Source: Tubulanus polymorphus (lineage: Eukaryota; Animalia; Nemertea). From it: DNA of 64,000 nucleotides. Made by a program: the position numbers and the translations under genes. Below, piece after piece: positions 1 to 12,004 of the stretch (the stretch's first letter is position 1; each line of letters begins with the position of its first letter). Below the pieces are notes generated by a model. The model saw only the letters and a program-made list of their open reading frames with translations. It was not told the DNA's origin and did no database searches. The stretch covers positions 25,444,560-25,508,559 of the forward strand of contig NC_134027.1 in assembly GCF_964204645.1 (NCBI RefSeq). The letters are read 5' to 3'.

Positions 1-2
1 GC

Positions 3-308
3 AATTCGGATGATCTAAAACAAGATTTGATGAGTATCCGATTTCAGATGTTAAATCAGTACTCGGAGCAGTCCACTGTCATCAAATTACTGCAGGAAAA
101 CGTCATCTATTTGAAATCGATGATGAACGAAAATCAAGTAAAAGTGAAAGAACTGAGCGCCAGAGTCGGCGAAATACCCGAGGCGATATCGCAACTGCGA
201 CTAGTCGCTGGAAAACCGAGGACTAGAGAAATCGGAACGCAGGCTCCGTCGTGGCATCGCACCCCGCTGAATAAACATACGTTACCACCCGAAAAAACTC
301 AACTGTAG
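3..308 (+). CDS. 3' terminal coding exon of a gene entering from the left; coiled-coil C-terminus, possibly a TRPC-type channel
   Basis: Frame is open from the window edge (NSDDLKQDLMSIRFQMLNQY...) to TAG at 308, with AATAAA at ~1414 downstream. DLKQDLMSIRFQML resembles the TRPC C-terminal coiled coil (ELKQDISSFRYEVL). The family identity is a weak inference. Confidence 0.4.
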   Translation, partial: NSDDLKQDLMSIRFQMLNQYSEQSTVIKLLQENVIYLKSMMNENQVKVKELSARVGEIPEAISQLRLVAGKPRTREIGTQAPSWHRTPLNKHTLPPEKTQL

Positions 309-2419
309 ACGTTAAGGGTGTCGTCGTTTCTAATAGAGGTCTTACACGTGACGTCATTGTTAGATTGCCAACCAATGCTGGAGATTTGCTGCTACATAAC
401 ACAAGATAATCAGGATTCAGTTCTTTTTGTGAGTTCGAACTGACCATCTAGTTGAAAGTAGTTCATTTTCAATGATTTAACTTGATTCACTTGGAACTGG
501 GACCAGACAGTCGTCCGAGATTACACACTTCGATATAATTAGTTCAGTTTCATTGAGTTAACTTAGTCAAATCTTAACTCGCACAGTAGATCTTGGGCCT
601 GAGAATTTAAAACTTCGAGACGTCCGCAACTTATTGTGTCTGACCAGCAATATCTATATGGTGTGCTGTCACGTGAAAAAAGGACCTCTAACAATGAACT
701 CTGTGATTGATAATTCAGGACTGTAAATATTTTATTCAGAACATAGTGACATTTAAATCGCCTTTAGAAAATTACACGTTGATTAAGATAAGCATGGAAC
801 TTCTCTGGGTTCGATTTTATTAAAATGACCCTTGTATGGTAATTACATGTATATTGTGTGGTAATTTTTACACCGTCAAAAATGTAGATATCTATATTAA
901 AAATGTACGCATTCACTGTTTTATTTTCATTATATCAAATGATATCTTAGTTGGTTGAAAAGATCCTTCATTTGGCTCAATAATTTATGAATGTCCTTTT
1001 ATGGCAGGAACACACGAATTCCTGGGGAATGGATGTTTTCCAACAGTGGGAAATTCCACAATAAGTCCAGAAATGTTCAGTTGTAAGTGAATATATTAAC
1101 TAACGGCATCGTCTTGCTATAATATTATATTCACTTATTTTCTGGACCTTATATCTGGTATCTATATTCCTTGCACGGGAATAGCGTATTTTTACCTCGA
1201 CCCATTATGTTTTCCATCTTCTTAAAATTGTTCGTAAAGCTACACTGTACAAAGATTTTAGTGAATAGAGTTCGAGGACTAAAGAAGTGACCGTAGACTT
1301 GGATTTTACCTTGTGTATTTCTTCATTTGATCAAGATATAAAATAATATCACTGTCTCAATGTATTATAAATAACCCTTTTATATTATCTCACGTGCTAC
1401 TCTGAAAATATGAATAAAGTTTATGTAATTGTTGTATATTATGAATGTAAGTTTTCATCGGTTTGAAAAGATGTCGTGGAGACAAATCGGACAAAATTGC
1501 TGCTCAGCCATCGCCAACAAAATCCCTTCATCCAGTCCCGAGTGACCGGTTCACGGCGCTCCGTATACCGCGTCAGGTACTATCAGCTCGCGTGAACTAC
1601 TGTTCCGACGCTGGCATGCATTGATTACAGTTTTGACTGCCAATTTAGAGAATCTAAGAAATAAGTTCCGCAACCGTTATTAGAATCAAAAATAAGGAAA
1701 CTCGCTGATTCGAATCAATTTAATTATTTATTCGCTAAGACCAACGAATCGTCTGTATAAAATGTTACAATATATATATATTATATACAAAATATCGCAA
1801 TTCACATGAAAATTCAACCATTCTTGAGCAGCAACATCTTCGAAACAATGGAATCTTGATTATGAAAAACTAATCGTTGGCTCAAATCAAAAGGAACATA
1901 CAAAACCGAATCATACAAAATAACGAAAAATTAACATACAGAAGAGGTTCATTACACGAATCTCCAACATCTCACGTGATGCTTACAGATATTCTAGAAA
2001 TGCATGCTTTTTCAAGCTGAATTTTTTCCGATGCAGTTTATAAATTCCAGCCCCGAAATTGCACATAATAAATGCTTATTACAACATATTTACAAACAGT
2101 CGTCGTGAAAGTTCGATTTAACGAATTAATCCGAACACACCGGTCACGCTGTTCTCAATGAAGAGCGATAGCTCATTTTTCAATTACCAGAAGTTAACCC
2201 TCTCAAAAATATATTCCGGAAAATGCTGTTGGATAATGGGCACACTGCTATAATGCGTCTACACTGCGGTGCAGTGCATCGTAAGTTACTAACGTATTGT
2301 CCTATGATTAACTTCAACTTTAGATAACACATCGGAACAATTTTGCCAGTCGCAGTTTTTCCGCAGGTTTACTGTACATCAGTAAAACTCTTCTCTGAAC
2401 CCTAGTTTCTATCAGTGCT

Positions 2420-5400
2420 CTACTCGTTCGTTATCTGTGGATGTTCTAGAAAATTAACGATCCGTCGTCTCAGATCCGCTTCGAGGAATCTCTGAAAATA
2501 TTCATCGCACGAGAAAATATTAGAAATTTCATTTCAAATCCACTCCAGACCCTCTTCTCTGTCTTCTCCTACCCTTCTGGTATTCAAAATAAACAATAAT
2601 AGGATAACATTAATGGTTCCTGATCACAAACTGGACACATCAAAATAAAATTCTTAAAATGTGATACAGTTGCATGATAATTGCATGATAAGTGACTAAT
2701 ATATCAAATATCATCCCTTCCCAAAGTATACCTACCCATCACGAATTTCAATGAAAAATGGCAAACCATAAGAAAGCTACAGGTTTTGGAATTCAGAAAA
2801 TGAGGCCATCTTGTGTCAGATGGACACGATTTTTTTCATGCTGATTGGCTCTTGGGGGATAGGAATATATATGAAAAATCAAAATAATTGATTGAGGCAT
2901 CTACAATATTTCCCTTGAAAGCATTAAAATGCATAAAAAGTGCTGATTTTCTGGAATATCAATGGCTCCCTGTTGGGCATTTTGATTCTGATCGGACCAG
3001 TTTTTTGGCCAAATTATGAGTCTAGGGTAGATACATATGAACCAATTATCATGACAATCCCTTGATGCGTTTTCAAAATTTCCCAAAATAACTGGAATTC
3101 ATCTATGAATGAATGAATAAATGGATGAAAAGTGAACGCAATAGCCCATAAAAATACACGAATTACGGATAACTTTCAAATAATTACTGGTTAGGGAAGT
3201 TATAGTTATGAAATTAAACACTGACCTGGGTGGGATCATCAACATTCTCTTCCGCCAGTTCACTCTCTTCACTACCGCTCGGCGGACTAACATCGAATCT
3301 GGCAGTTTCATTGCTATCAACATTGCTTTGACCGCTGCGAGAATCATCATCAGAAACCGTCGATTCCGACGAGACGTCCGCCTTGCGACACTTCGACATT
3401 TGTAATCTCACGACTTTCCGACGTTTTTTCCGTTTCGGTTTTTTCGGCGGTTTTTTCTTTGTTCTTCTCGCCACGTCGATGGCTTGCGAGAAGTCGGAGA
3501 CATCCGCGTCTTGACTGAGCGGTTGCTCCCATGTTGCCACCACTGGGCTCTGAATGGTTTGGAATTTCTCGTCGATTTCGTCACCGTCCGGTTGGGTAAG
3601 TAGAGTTTGCGATAAACTGGAGACATCAGCGTCCTGACTCAAGGGTTGCTCAGCAACAAGACTTAATGAAAAAACGCTGGATATCATCAAAGATGACTCG
3701 TTCAGCGTGTTATCGATCAGTTTGTGATGTTCCGGGGAAACATGTGGCGCAGATTTTCTTTTCAGAATACTTGTGCTATGTTCACTATTCGCGGCGCTAC
3801 TCGAGCTAAAACAGGATACGTACTCCTCCGTCGAGCTAGCAGATGGTGCTGGTTTTGAGTTAGCAGATGGCGCTGGTGTCGAGCTAGCAGACGGTACCGG
3901 TGTCAAGCCAGCAGACAGCGCTGGTGTCGGGCTAGCAGACAGCGCTTGCTTCGAGCTAGCAGACGGTGCCGGTGTCGAGCTAGCAGACAGTGCTTGTGTC
4001 AAGCCAGCAGACAGCGCTGGCGTCGAGCTAGCAGACAGCCCCGGTGTCGAGCTAGCAGATGGTGCTGGTGTTGAGCTAGCAGACAGTGCTGGTATCTGTT
4101 CTTCTGTTATTTCTGAAATTTGAGCGAGCGTATCTTGCGTCGACCGCGACGGCTGCGATTCAACAATCACTGGGTCGAGGTCGTTCGAATTTGTCTCATC
4201 CCTCGACGATGAAAACAATGGACGACTTCCGCAAGTCGAAACCGTCGTTTTCGTTACCGTTGACGACTTTGAGTTTTCGGGAGTGGTCAGTTTTTCAGTA
4301 TGTGCCGTACAGAATTCCTCCTCGTGCATTTTACTATCGCTATCAGTAGATTTTGCGATTTCCTCCAAATTTACATCTTTCGGGTCATCATTCTCCGTGC
4401 TGGTTATACTATCAACTACCAGGTCGGTTTGAGGTACAATAACTATAGGAACTTTACCGCTAATATTATCGCTTTTCGAGGCGGTGTATTTCTTTTCAGT
4501 CGGCGACGTCTTCCAGATTTTATTCTTCAGCGTTTCTAACCCGTGACCGACGCGACTCAAAAAACTCAAATTGCCGACCGATTCCACCACGGATTCTTCA
4601 ATTTCGTTGGCGCTTTCAGCTTCGTCCTCGGTTATCAACGAATCGATTGAGATATTCATTGCGTCTTGCTGTCCACAGTTTTCATCAGGACTTGATTGAG
4701 TTAAATCCTCAGTCATAATACTAAAAGGCTGGGTTTCTGTGGTCACAGCACTAGATGGTCGAGTTTCTTCAGTCATGATGCTAGAAGGCAGGGACTCCTC
4801 CGTCACAGCGCTAGACCGTTGAGTTTCCTCAGTTACAATGCTAGACGCCTGAGACTCCTCAGTCATAATACTAAAAGGCTGAGTTTGCTCAGTCATAATG
4901 CTAGAAGGCAGGGACTCCTCAGTCACAACGCTAGAAGGCTGAGTTTGCTCAGTCATGATGCTAGAAGGCAGGGACTCTTCAGTCACAACCCTAGAAGGCT
5001 GAGTTTCCTCAGTCATAATGCTAGAAGGCAGGGACTCTTCAGTCAAAACCCTAGAAGGCTGAGTTTCCTCAGTCCTGACACTAGAGGACTGGGTTTTCTC
5101 AGTTATAATGCTAAACAGCTGGGTTCCTTCAGTTGGTGTCTGGGAATCTTCAGAAACCAGATTTTCTGATAACCCACTTCCTCTTCCACTGGTCTGCTGC
5201 TGCAGCTGCTGCGGTTGTAAATCATCCTTATTTCGATCTGAAATTTGTTTCGACGAATTTCCCGAATTTTCATCCACAGCAGACGGATATTGATCATCAC
5301 GAATCGGCGACGTCTGCTGAGCGCTTACCGCTGAAGAATAATGATCGCTTTCGATTGTTCGTTGTTGTTGCGCGATATCGTCCATCGATTGCGACCTAGT

Positions 5401-8400
5401 CAACGTCTGATTCTGTGAACCGGTATTCTCCGGTGAATCGTTCGATGAATCGGTTCTCGAATGACTACACGTGCTACTCTGACGACTCAATCGCCGCCTT
5501 TTCGGACTGTTTTCTTCGACGCATTCGAGCACAGTTTTATAGTTGAATAGTTTACGCTTTCGTTTCGCCTGACCCGGCGACGGAGTCGGCGTCCGACAAG
5601 TAGCGAACAGAGCGTCCGGTGTGGGCACTTTTACCGATCCCGGAGTAGAACGCAATCGAGCTCGTTCCGGAGAAACTAATCCATCAAACTGAGTTTCAAT
5701 CTCCATTTGTTCGCCCCTCAATTCCATTTGACCAGTGCTCGATTGTGCTTCTCCAGCACTAGATTGCACTTGACCAATGCTCGATTCCAATTTACCACTC
5801 TTTGACTCCGTTTGGCCCCTGATCGATTTCATTTCACCACTGCTTGTTTGAGTTTGACCACTGCTCAATTCAGTGTGCCCGCTCCTCGATTCAGTTTGAC
5901 CACTCCTTGATTCAGTTTGACCACTCCTTGATTCAGTTTGACCACTCCTTGATTCATTTTGACCACTGCTCGATTCAGTTTGACCACTCCTCGATTCAGT
6001 TTGACCACTCCTCGATTCAGTGTGACCACTGCTTGATTCAGTTTGACCACTGCTTGATTCAGTTTGACCACTGCTCGATTCAGTGTGACAACCCCTCGCC
6101 TGACTACGTAATACACGAGTGGTCTGTTCAGGTAAATGACTTAATTTCCTATTCTTACTCAAAGGGGTCGATTTAGAACATTTATTCGTCGTAGGTTTAT
6201 TATCGGTTCTCTTTCGGAATTCATCCACTGCTCCTAATTTGCGTATATCCCACAGTTTTACAGATAACGACCGGTTATTCAATGTTTGTGCATCGTAGAT
6301 CGACTTGCCCTCTTTCTGTTTCGATAGTTCGTTCAAACGTTGTAATTCGGATTCGCCGTTTTCGTGAGGTAAACTCGCGAGGTTTTTCAGTCGACGTTCT
6401 TCGACGCTGTTTTCGACGCGATTTATTTGCGAAAATTCCATCGCGAATTTCGTCGGAACGCTAGCGCCGTCTATCTGCGTTGAATGGAACACGGCATGGT
6501 TATCCTGACTGAAAACTGGACCGTTATCCTGACTGAACATCGGGCCGTTATCCTGCGCGATGACTTGACTCGCGGGTAGCACGTCCGAGGGTGTACAGCA
6601 CGTCAGGTCCAACGACACGTTCTGCGCGTTGTTGTTGTTAAGATTTGGTGGTTTCTAAGAGGAAAAGAAAACAATAATCAACATATTCAGAATCATAGGA
6701 AACTGAGTGCAAGAATTGAGTGTCTTACTATGAAAGGTTGAAATGCTAGTTAATCTGGTTTAAAATGTTAGAGGTCAGTTGATTTAAAGTTTAAGTTAAC
6801 CTGTGGATAACTAGTGCAGTGATAATTACAGCATTCTTCGCATATTTCTCTAATATTTTACTTTGACCAACCTTCGAGCGACTGCCCCTATTGAAAATTG
6901 CCATTTTTGAATTGCATTTTCTAAAATAAGACAGAGCCGAAGTTAGTGCCTTACCGCTGTTGGTGGTGGCAATGTTTTTGATGAAGATTTCTTGAATTGT
7001 CCAGATTTCTTCAATGGCAACTTCCCCTTGGTGCTGGTGCTTGGAGCAGCAGGAGCATCAGCAGCAGCTGCATCTGAATAACCATTTGCTGGAATTAGAT
7101 AGCTAACTTAATAATTTGAAAAGTTTTACCAAACCCAAACAACTGTTTACTGGGTCCAGAATCAAATTAAACCTGCACAACTGTGGAACAGTAACCAGAG
7201 TGAGTTCTGGTTTCACTCTAATTTTCCAAACTAAATCCTTCTCCGGCGAATGATACCTTCGCATCAACAAATAGGTTTTCATAACCAGTAATAGAATTCA
7301 AGTCAATTCAAGTAACAGCCTGCAATACGCACCTGTTTCTGCGCGTTTCGTCGAATCAATTTCGAGTTCCGGAAATTTCTTCGACAATATTTGTTTCGCC
7401 TGCTCTACAGCGTGTTTCCCCCTTCTTTTTATTTCCTGGATGATCACCTCGATCGGAATGTCCTTCTTACTCTTTTCGACCCAACGATTGACGTTGCTCT
7501 GAAAGAACAAAAAAAAAAACAAATCAGTTTTCAAATTTGGAAGAGCCGTATAAACCTGGTGTTGATTGAATAAACGTAAGGACTAATAGTGTATTGAAGG
7601 TAAACTTGGTTTATTTGAAGTAAAAGCTTTTGCTATTAGAGAGTATAGTAGGCTCAGATGAGCTACAATACCTATAAGTCAGGAAAGCTTGTACTTCGAA
7701 ATAAATCTATTTACCCTTCAACAGGGCGGCCACTTTTGCTTCCTTTTGACTTGCTTTTACCCTGCCTATTCCCTGACATGTACCAGTGCGTTGATTCCTT
7801 CGCTCGATCTGCTAAGAATCTGATCAATTAACACAGTCAAATAGGCCTACGTAAGACCTAAATAGAAACTGTTTGATTTTAAGTTCGATCTAGCAATCTC
7901 AACGAATTTTCCTGATTTTCAGCTTTTTTACTAAATTCCCTGACTTTTTTTTAAAGAAAAGAAAATTCGCTGAAGTACTATCTGTAACTAACTAGTAATA
8001 ATAGAATAGTGAGTGCGCACACGTACCGGGTTTTTTTGTTCGGGCCAGAATAATTCGATCCAAACTTGTTCTTCTTTCGAGCGTAGTTCGCGCGGTCGCC
8101 CGCTGACGTTCAGACACATGTTCCAGTAGGCGTCGTACTCGTCGAACTGACCGTTATAACCGGTGAACGCTCGACTACCGCGCGTTCTCTTCAACATGTC
8201 CGACATCCGATACGCTTCGTCGCACAGCCGTCGTTTCTCTTCGTAACTCATCGGAACATTCGAGTTCTCATAATCATTGTTATCATTACCGGTATTGGTT
8301 GGAACGCCATGACCAACGCTTCTATCCTAAAATAGATCAAATACATGTATGCAAACAGTTTCTAACAAACTTAGATTTTCTCCATTCAATTTCTAATGTC

Positions 8401-10681
8401 CTAATTTAACAATAGAAATTTTAAAATTCTGGTAACTAATTTTCACTTAAAGCAGGGTTCCTACAAATCAGGGAATCCCTCAACTCTGATTGAATTGTAA
8501 GATATGCTCAGTGGAGGAGGGGGGGCTGTTTTTTCTCAAGCAGTTTCTTGTGCCACTTGTCACCAACAAAAACAACTGGACACTGAAAAATTCAAATTCC
8601 CAGACTAATTCTGGATTTTCAAGACAGGTCAAAATTTCCGGAATCGTCCTGCAGGGACAAATATATCCAGAATGCCCTGATTTTCCCTGATCTGTAAGAA
8701 ACCTGTTAAAACTTTGTTATACGTGATAGTTGAATTAACCCAGTTCAAGTTAAAACTTGTCCATCACGTTCTCCTAATTACCTGTTCTGCAATTTTAAAC
8801 GTGACCCTCTGCTGCTGGTTTGAATTCGTAGATACAAATAGCGTCGGCTGCCGTGATTGTTGACAAGCAGACGTCTGCTGTGGTGGTTGCAAAGGTTGAC
8901 AGGCAGACGTCGGCTGCGGTTGTTGTGAAGGTTGACATGCAGACGTCGGCTGCGGTTGTTGTGAAGGTTGACATGCAGACATCGGCTGTGGTTGTTGTGA
9001 AGGTTGACATGCAGGCGTCTGCTGCGGTTGTTGTGAAGGTTGACAAGCAGACGTCCGCTGCGGTTGTTGTGAAGGTTGCGGGAGTTGATTTTCCGTCAGT
9101 TCGTTCAAAGCGTTTAACATCGTTTGTGACGTAGCAGTCGATCCGTCGTCGTCTGCGTAGAGTTTGTGTAAATTCTGGAAATCTTTCGGCTCAAAACGAT
9201 TGTCAATCCTGAATAAAAATATAGTACGATCTCCCAGATCTACAACGTACGTAATAAAGGAATGACGCATTGATTTTTACCCCTTTCACACAGTTGGACT
9301 AATTTATAAGGGTACTCGAAAGTGATGGATATAATTTGAAAATTTATAAAGATGTAGAATGGGCCCAGTATGTAGAATAATAGAAATACCGCTATAGTGC
9401 ATCTACACCGCAGTGCGGTGTATTGTTAGTAACTAATATTACACTATGTTTGACAGGTGCTGCCATCTTTCATGAGACAAAAACTAATTACTGATAACAT
9501 CAGATGCACTGTGATGCCGTGTACTAGCAAAGTCCAACACCAACTAATACTCCGCACTGCGGTGAAAACGCACTGAGATGGCCTCATAAGTGAATCATTG
9601 ATTAGCATCTCAATTAATCATTTAAATTGCGACATAAACCTTCACCCCAAGAACTCATAACTTACTCAATTAAATCGTCATCATCCCAGTGATTTAATCC
9701 ATATTTTAACAATGTGTAACTCTTGATTAGGAAACATATGCGTTTTTTCCCCTGAAAACAGATCAATATACATCAGTATTTAGGCATCAATAAACCGCCA
9801 CCGCTGACTAACGCATGGTTTTTTCAGAGAATGGAACATCTGTAGTATGCAGCACCAATGTTAAAAAGATGTATTCTGGGGTCACAGCAATTGGAATAGG
9901 GTCTGATTTTAATGATATGATGTATAAATTGAGGGGAACTTACAAAGTTTTCTTTCACTTGTAAGCGGTAGTCTTGTATTTTGACGAGAGCTCCTTCTGG
10001 TGCCGAGCATAACGTGTCATTAAATCCCCTGAAAATAATTCAACAATTTCATGTGCATTTCCGCGACTGTATTTCACTCCCAGTAACTTTGATAAGTAAT
10101 TCTTACTGTGAATCAGGTTCGCACGCTAGGACTGCCTGAATAGCACAAACTCCATCGCTAATCCATAATACATCATCACCCAATTCAGTTCTACCGCTGC
10201 CCTGCAATTACAGAAAATCATCTTGATATAGGGGCTTAATGTTGAAAACAAGATCATATGAATAGAATACTAACATATGATCATACAAGCATTTTGGCCC
10301 GGCCAAATTCATATCCACATTTCAAATTAATTCAAAAATTCCACCCCAGTGTGATATGTAAAGAAAAGATAACTGATGTAAAATTGCGGATGCGGATCCC
10401 AAATCAATGACCCCCTGAAGATATTTCCGACTGTCTCTTACCGTCGTAAAATGACAGATATGCGGTTTTAGTAACGGTTTGTGTTTAGTGAAACCATCGA
10501 TGAATTCAGTAACCGCCGTCAGATACCCGAGAATCCACGGCTCTTTCACCGGTAATCCCGTTGTTATTCCGTACGTTTTCGGCGCCACCGCATCAACTAC
10601 TGATTCCAGATTCAACACCGAGGACTGCCGGAGTGGGGAATCGCTCCGCTGCGACTCCAGTGGCTGGTCGGAATGCTCCAT
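2420..10681 (-). CDS. Putative shelterin TPP1/ACD (Est3/Tpz1-like) homolog, ~1670 aa, 10 exons
   Basis: Phase-consistent GT-AG exons: 10681-10442, 10201-10107, 10028-9944, 9751-9666, 9208-8782, 8326-8027, 7498-7333, 7073-6955, 6654-3226, 2491-2420. The N-terminus has EPWI...LWISDGVCAIQAVL...EGALVKIQDY...ICFLIKSYTLL, matching TPP1 OB-fold motifs (RPWI...LLVSDGTHSVRCLV...EGRLLLLQD...FYLQVDRFSLL). The last exon encodes RFLEADLRRRIVNFLEHPQITNE*. Minus-strand AATAAA at ~1727. Without the last splice the CDS would stop at 3214. Confidence 0.7.
3830..4095 (-). repeat. Coding 24-bp tandem repeat (SASSTPAP/L octapeptide)
   Basis: GTCGAGCTAGCAGA-containing units recur every 24 nt and translate as SASSTPAx. 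Confidence 0.9.
4700..5115 (-). repeat. Coding 30-bp tandem repeat (TEE(S/T)xPSxxx decapeptide)
   Basis: AGTCA...CTAGAAGGC units recur every 30 nt. Confidence 0.9.
5840..6090 (-). repeat. Coding 21-bp tandem repeat (TES(S/R)SGQ heptapeptide)
   Basis: GATTCAGTTTGACCACT(C/G)CT units recur every 21 nt. Confidence 0.9.
8453..8705. mobile_element. Non-autonomous DNA element (MITE, CAGGG-ended, hAT-like)
   Basis: Imperfect TIRs CAGGGTTCCTACA ... TGTAAGAAACCTG in an intron. A related end (CAAGGTTCCTACA) lies at ~45241. No clear TSD. Confidence 0.5.
8855..9080 (-). repeat. Coding 36-bp tandem repeat (ACQPSQQPQPTS)
   Basis: About six copies of a GGTTGTTGTGAAGGTTGACA... unit within exon 5 of the TPP1-like gene. 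Confidence 0.9.
9277..9580. mobile_element. Degenerate copy of the TTAA/piggyBac-like MITE family
   Basis: Shares CTACACCGCAGTGCGGTGTA and TGTTTGACAGGTGCTGCCAT with the intact copy at 28030-28303, in inverted orientation. Confidence 0.65.
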
Positions 10682-12004
10682 CGACGCGAGGTTGTTGCTC
10701 CGGGGAAAACGAAATTGAAACGACGTGAGCAAAAGGGGGGTCAGTTATCAGTCGCGATCAGTATCGAGTCTTCATTCTTTAACTTTTGATTTAAGATTTG
10801 GACTACCCCGGTACGTCATCTGTCAACGTAAATAGTAGGTCGAGGTCGAGGACGACAGTAAGTCGTAAAAAAATGTCAGCAACCAAGTCCAAGAGAATAA
10901 TGTTTTTAAGCTGTTTACGGGCTTCAATTCAAACTAAGACAAATAAACAAGATTATTCTTGACATCCTGGAAACGTTCGCTGCAATGTGATTCAGCATCG
11001 AGTGATGACACACCCGACCGATCTAGTAGTAGAGAGAATTTTTATCCCTTTCTTTCTAAAATTCAAAACCATGGACGCCGCCATTTTTGTTCGCGATGAT
11101 GATGACGACGGTTCGAATCCCAATTTGATGATTTATTTTAAGATGCGAAAATGCAATTATCATTAAACGTAAGCTTATGTATTTATATGATAATTAGTAT
11201 AATCGCACATATGCCGGTGGCCTGTACTTAAATCAAGGATTTGAGCCCAGATTATTCAAACCGGGCATTCATTCATTGCATTCAATGCGTATCAGACATT
11301 CTCTGTGGGGCTAGCGAGGGAAGGCTCCGGATTGCTTCGCGGGCTTGTTTTGAATCTGAATAATACGTGTCTATATCACACTGTGGCATATTGCCTTGGA
11401 AAATGAGGGAAGTAGCTCCCAAATATCCACAGTGCACCCTCGGTGCATGTAGCAATCATAAACAGTTCTGCAATCTATTTGAAAAAGGCTCGGCAACGTG
11501 AGGAATAAATGAGTTCAAAATGTGTTGCTTTTTCTCTTTGGCACGGCGACCACGCCGGGAAAAGCCCAGATCCCGTACAGGATACGAAGCTCGTAACAGG
11601 GCGTTCAGTTAGAAGTTGAAAACGTATTAGAACAGTAAGTCGTTGATTCCAGCCACATCACTCGTTGTCCGGCGATTGAACTCTCCCAAAATTGAAAAAA
11701 GAGGATTTATTTCCCTTGCGAAGAAACAGTTCAATAATCCGCCGGTTTACGACGATCATACGTCTATCTTCTACGTTGCTAGCGAACACAGATATTGAAC
11801 ACGGTCATTATTATACGAACTGGACAATAACAAAGAGATACCGGCGGAAATCAATTGTTCGATATTCATTAGATATGCGCTCAATCGAATAAACAAGGAA
11901 TGACGTATTATTAATAGGTGAGGTGATACTGAATAACAAAGTCATATCGCGCAAGACGCTCATCCGCCGAATTCATTAGTTCCAGCACGACCGGAGTCAT
12001 CGAG

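Noticed and set aside
3773-6176. Antisense and alternative-frame ORFs over the large exon (3773-4123, 4819-5169, 5844-6176, 5865-6116)
   Set aside because: They are shadows of in-frame tandem repeats that lack stops in other frames.
11110-11121. GGTTCGAATCCC as part of a tRNA gene
   Set aside because: No A box or cloverleaf around it; treated as an isolated motif.
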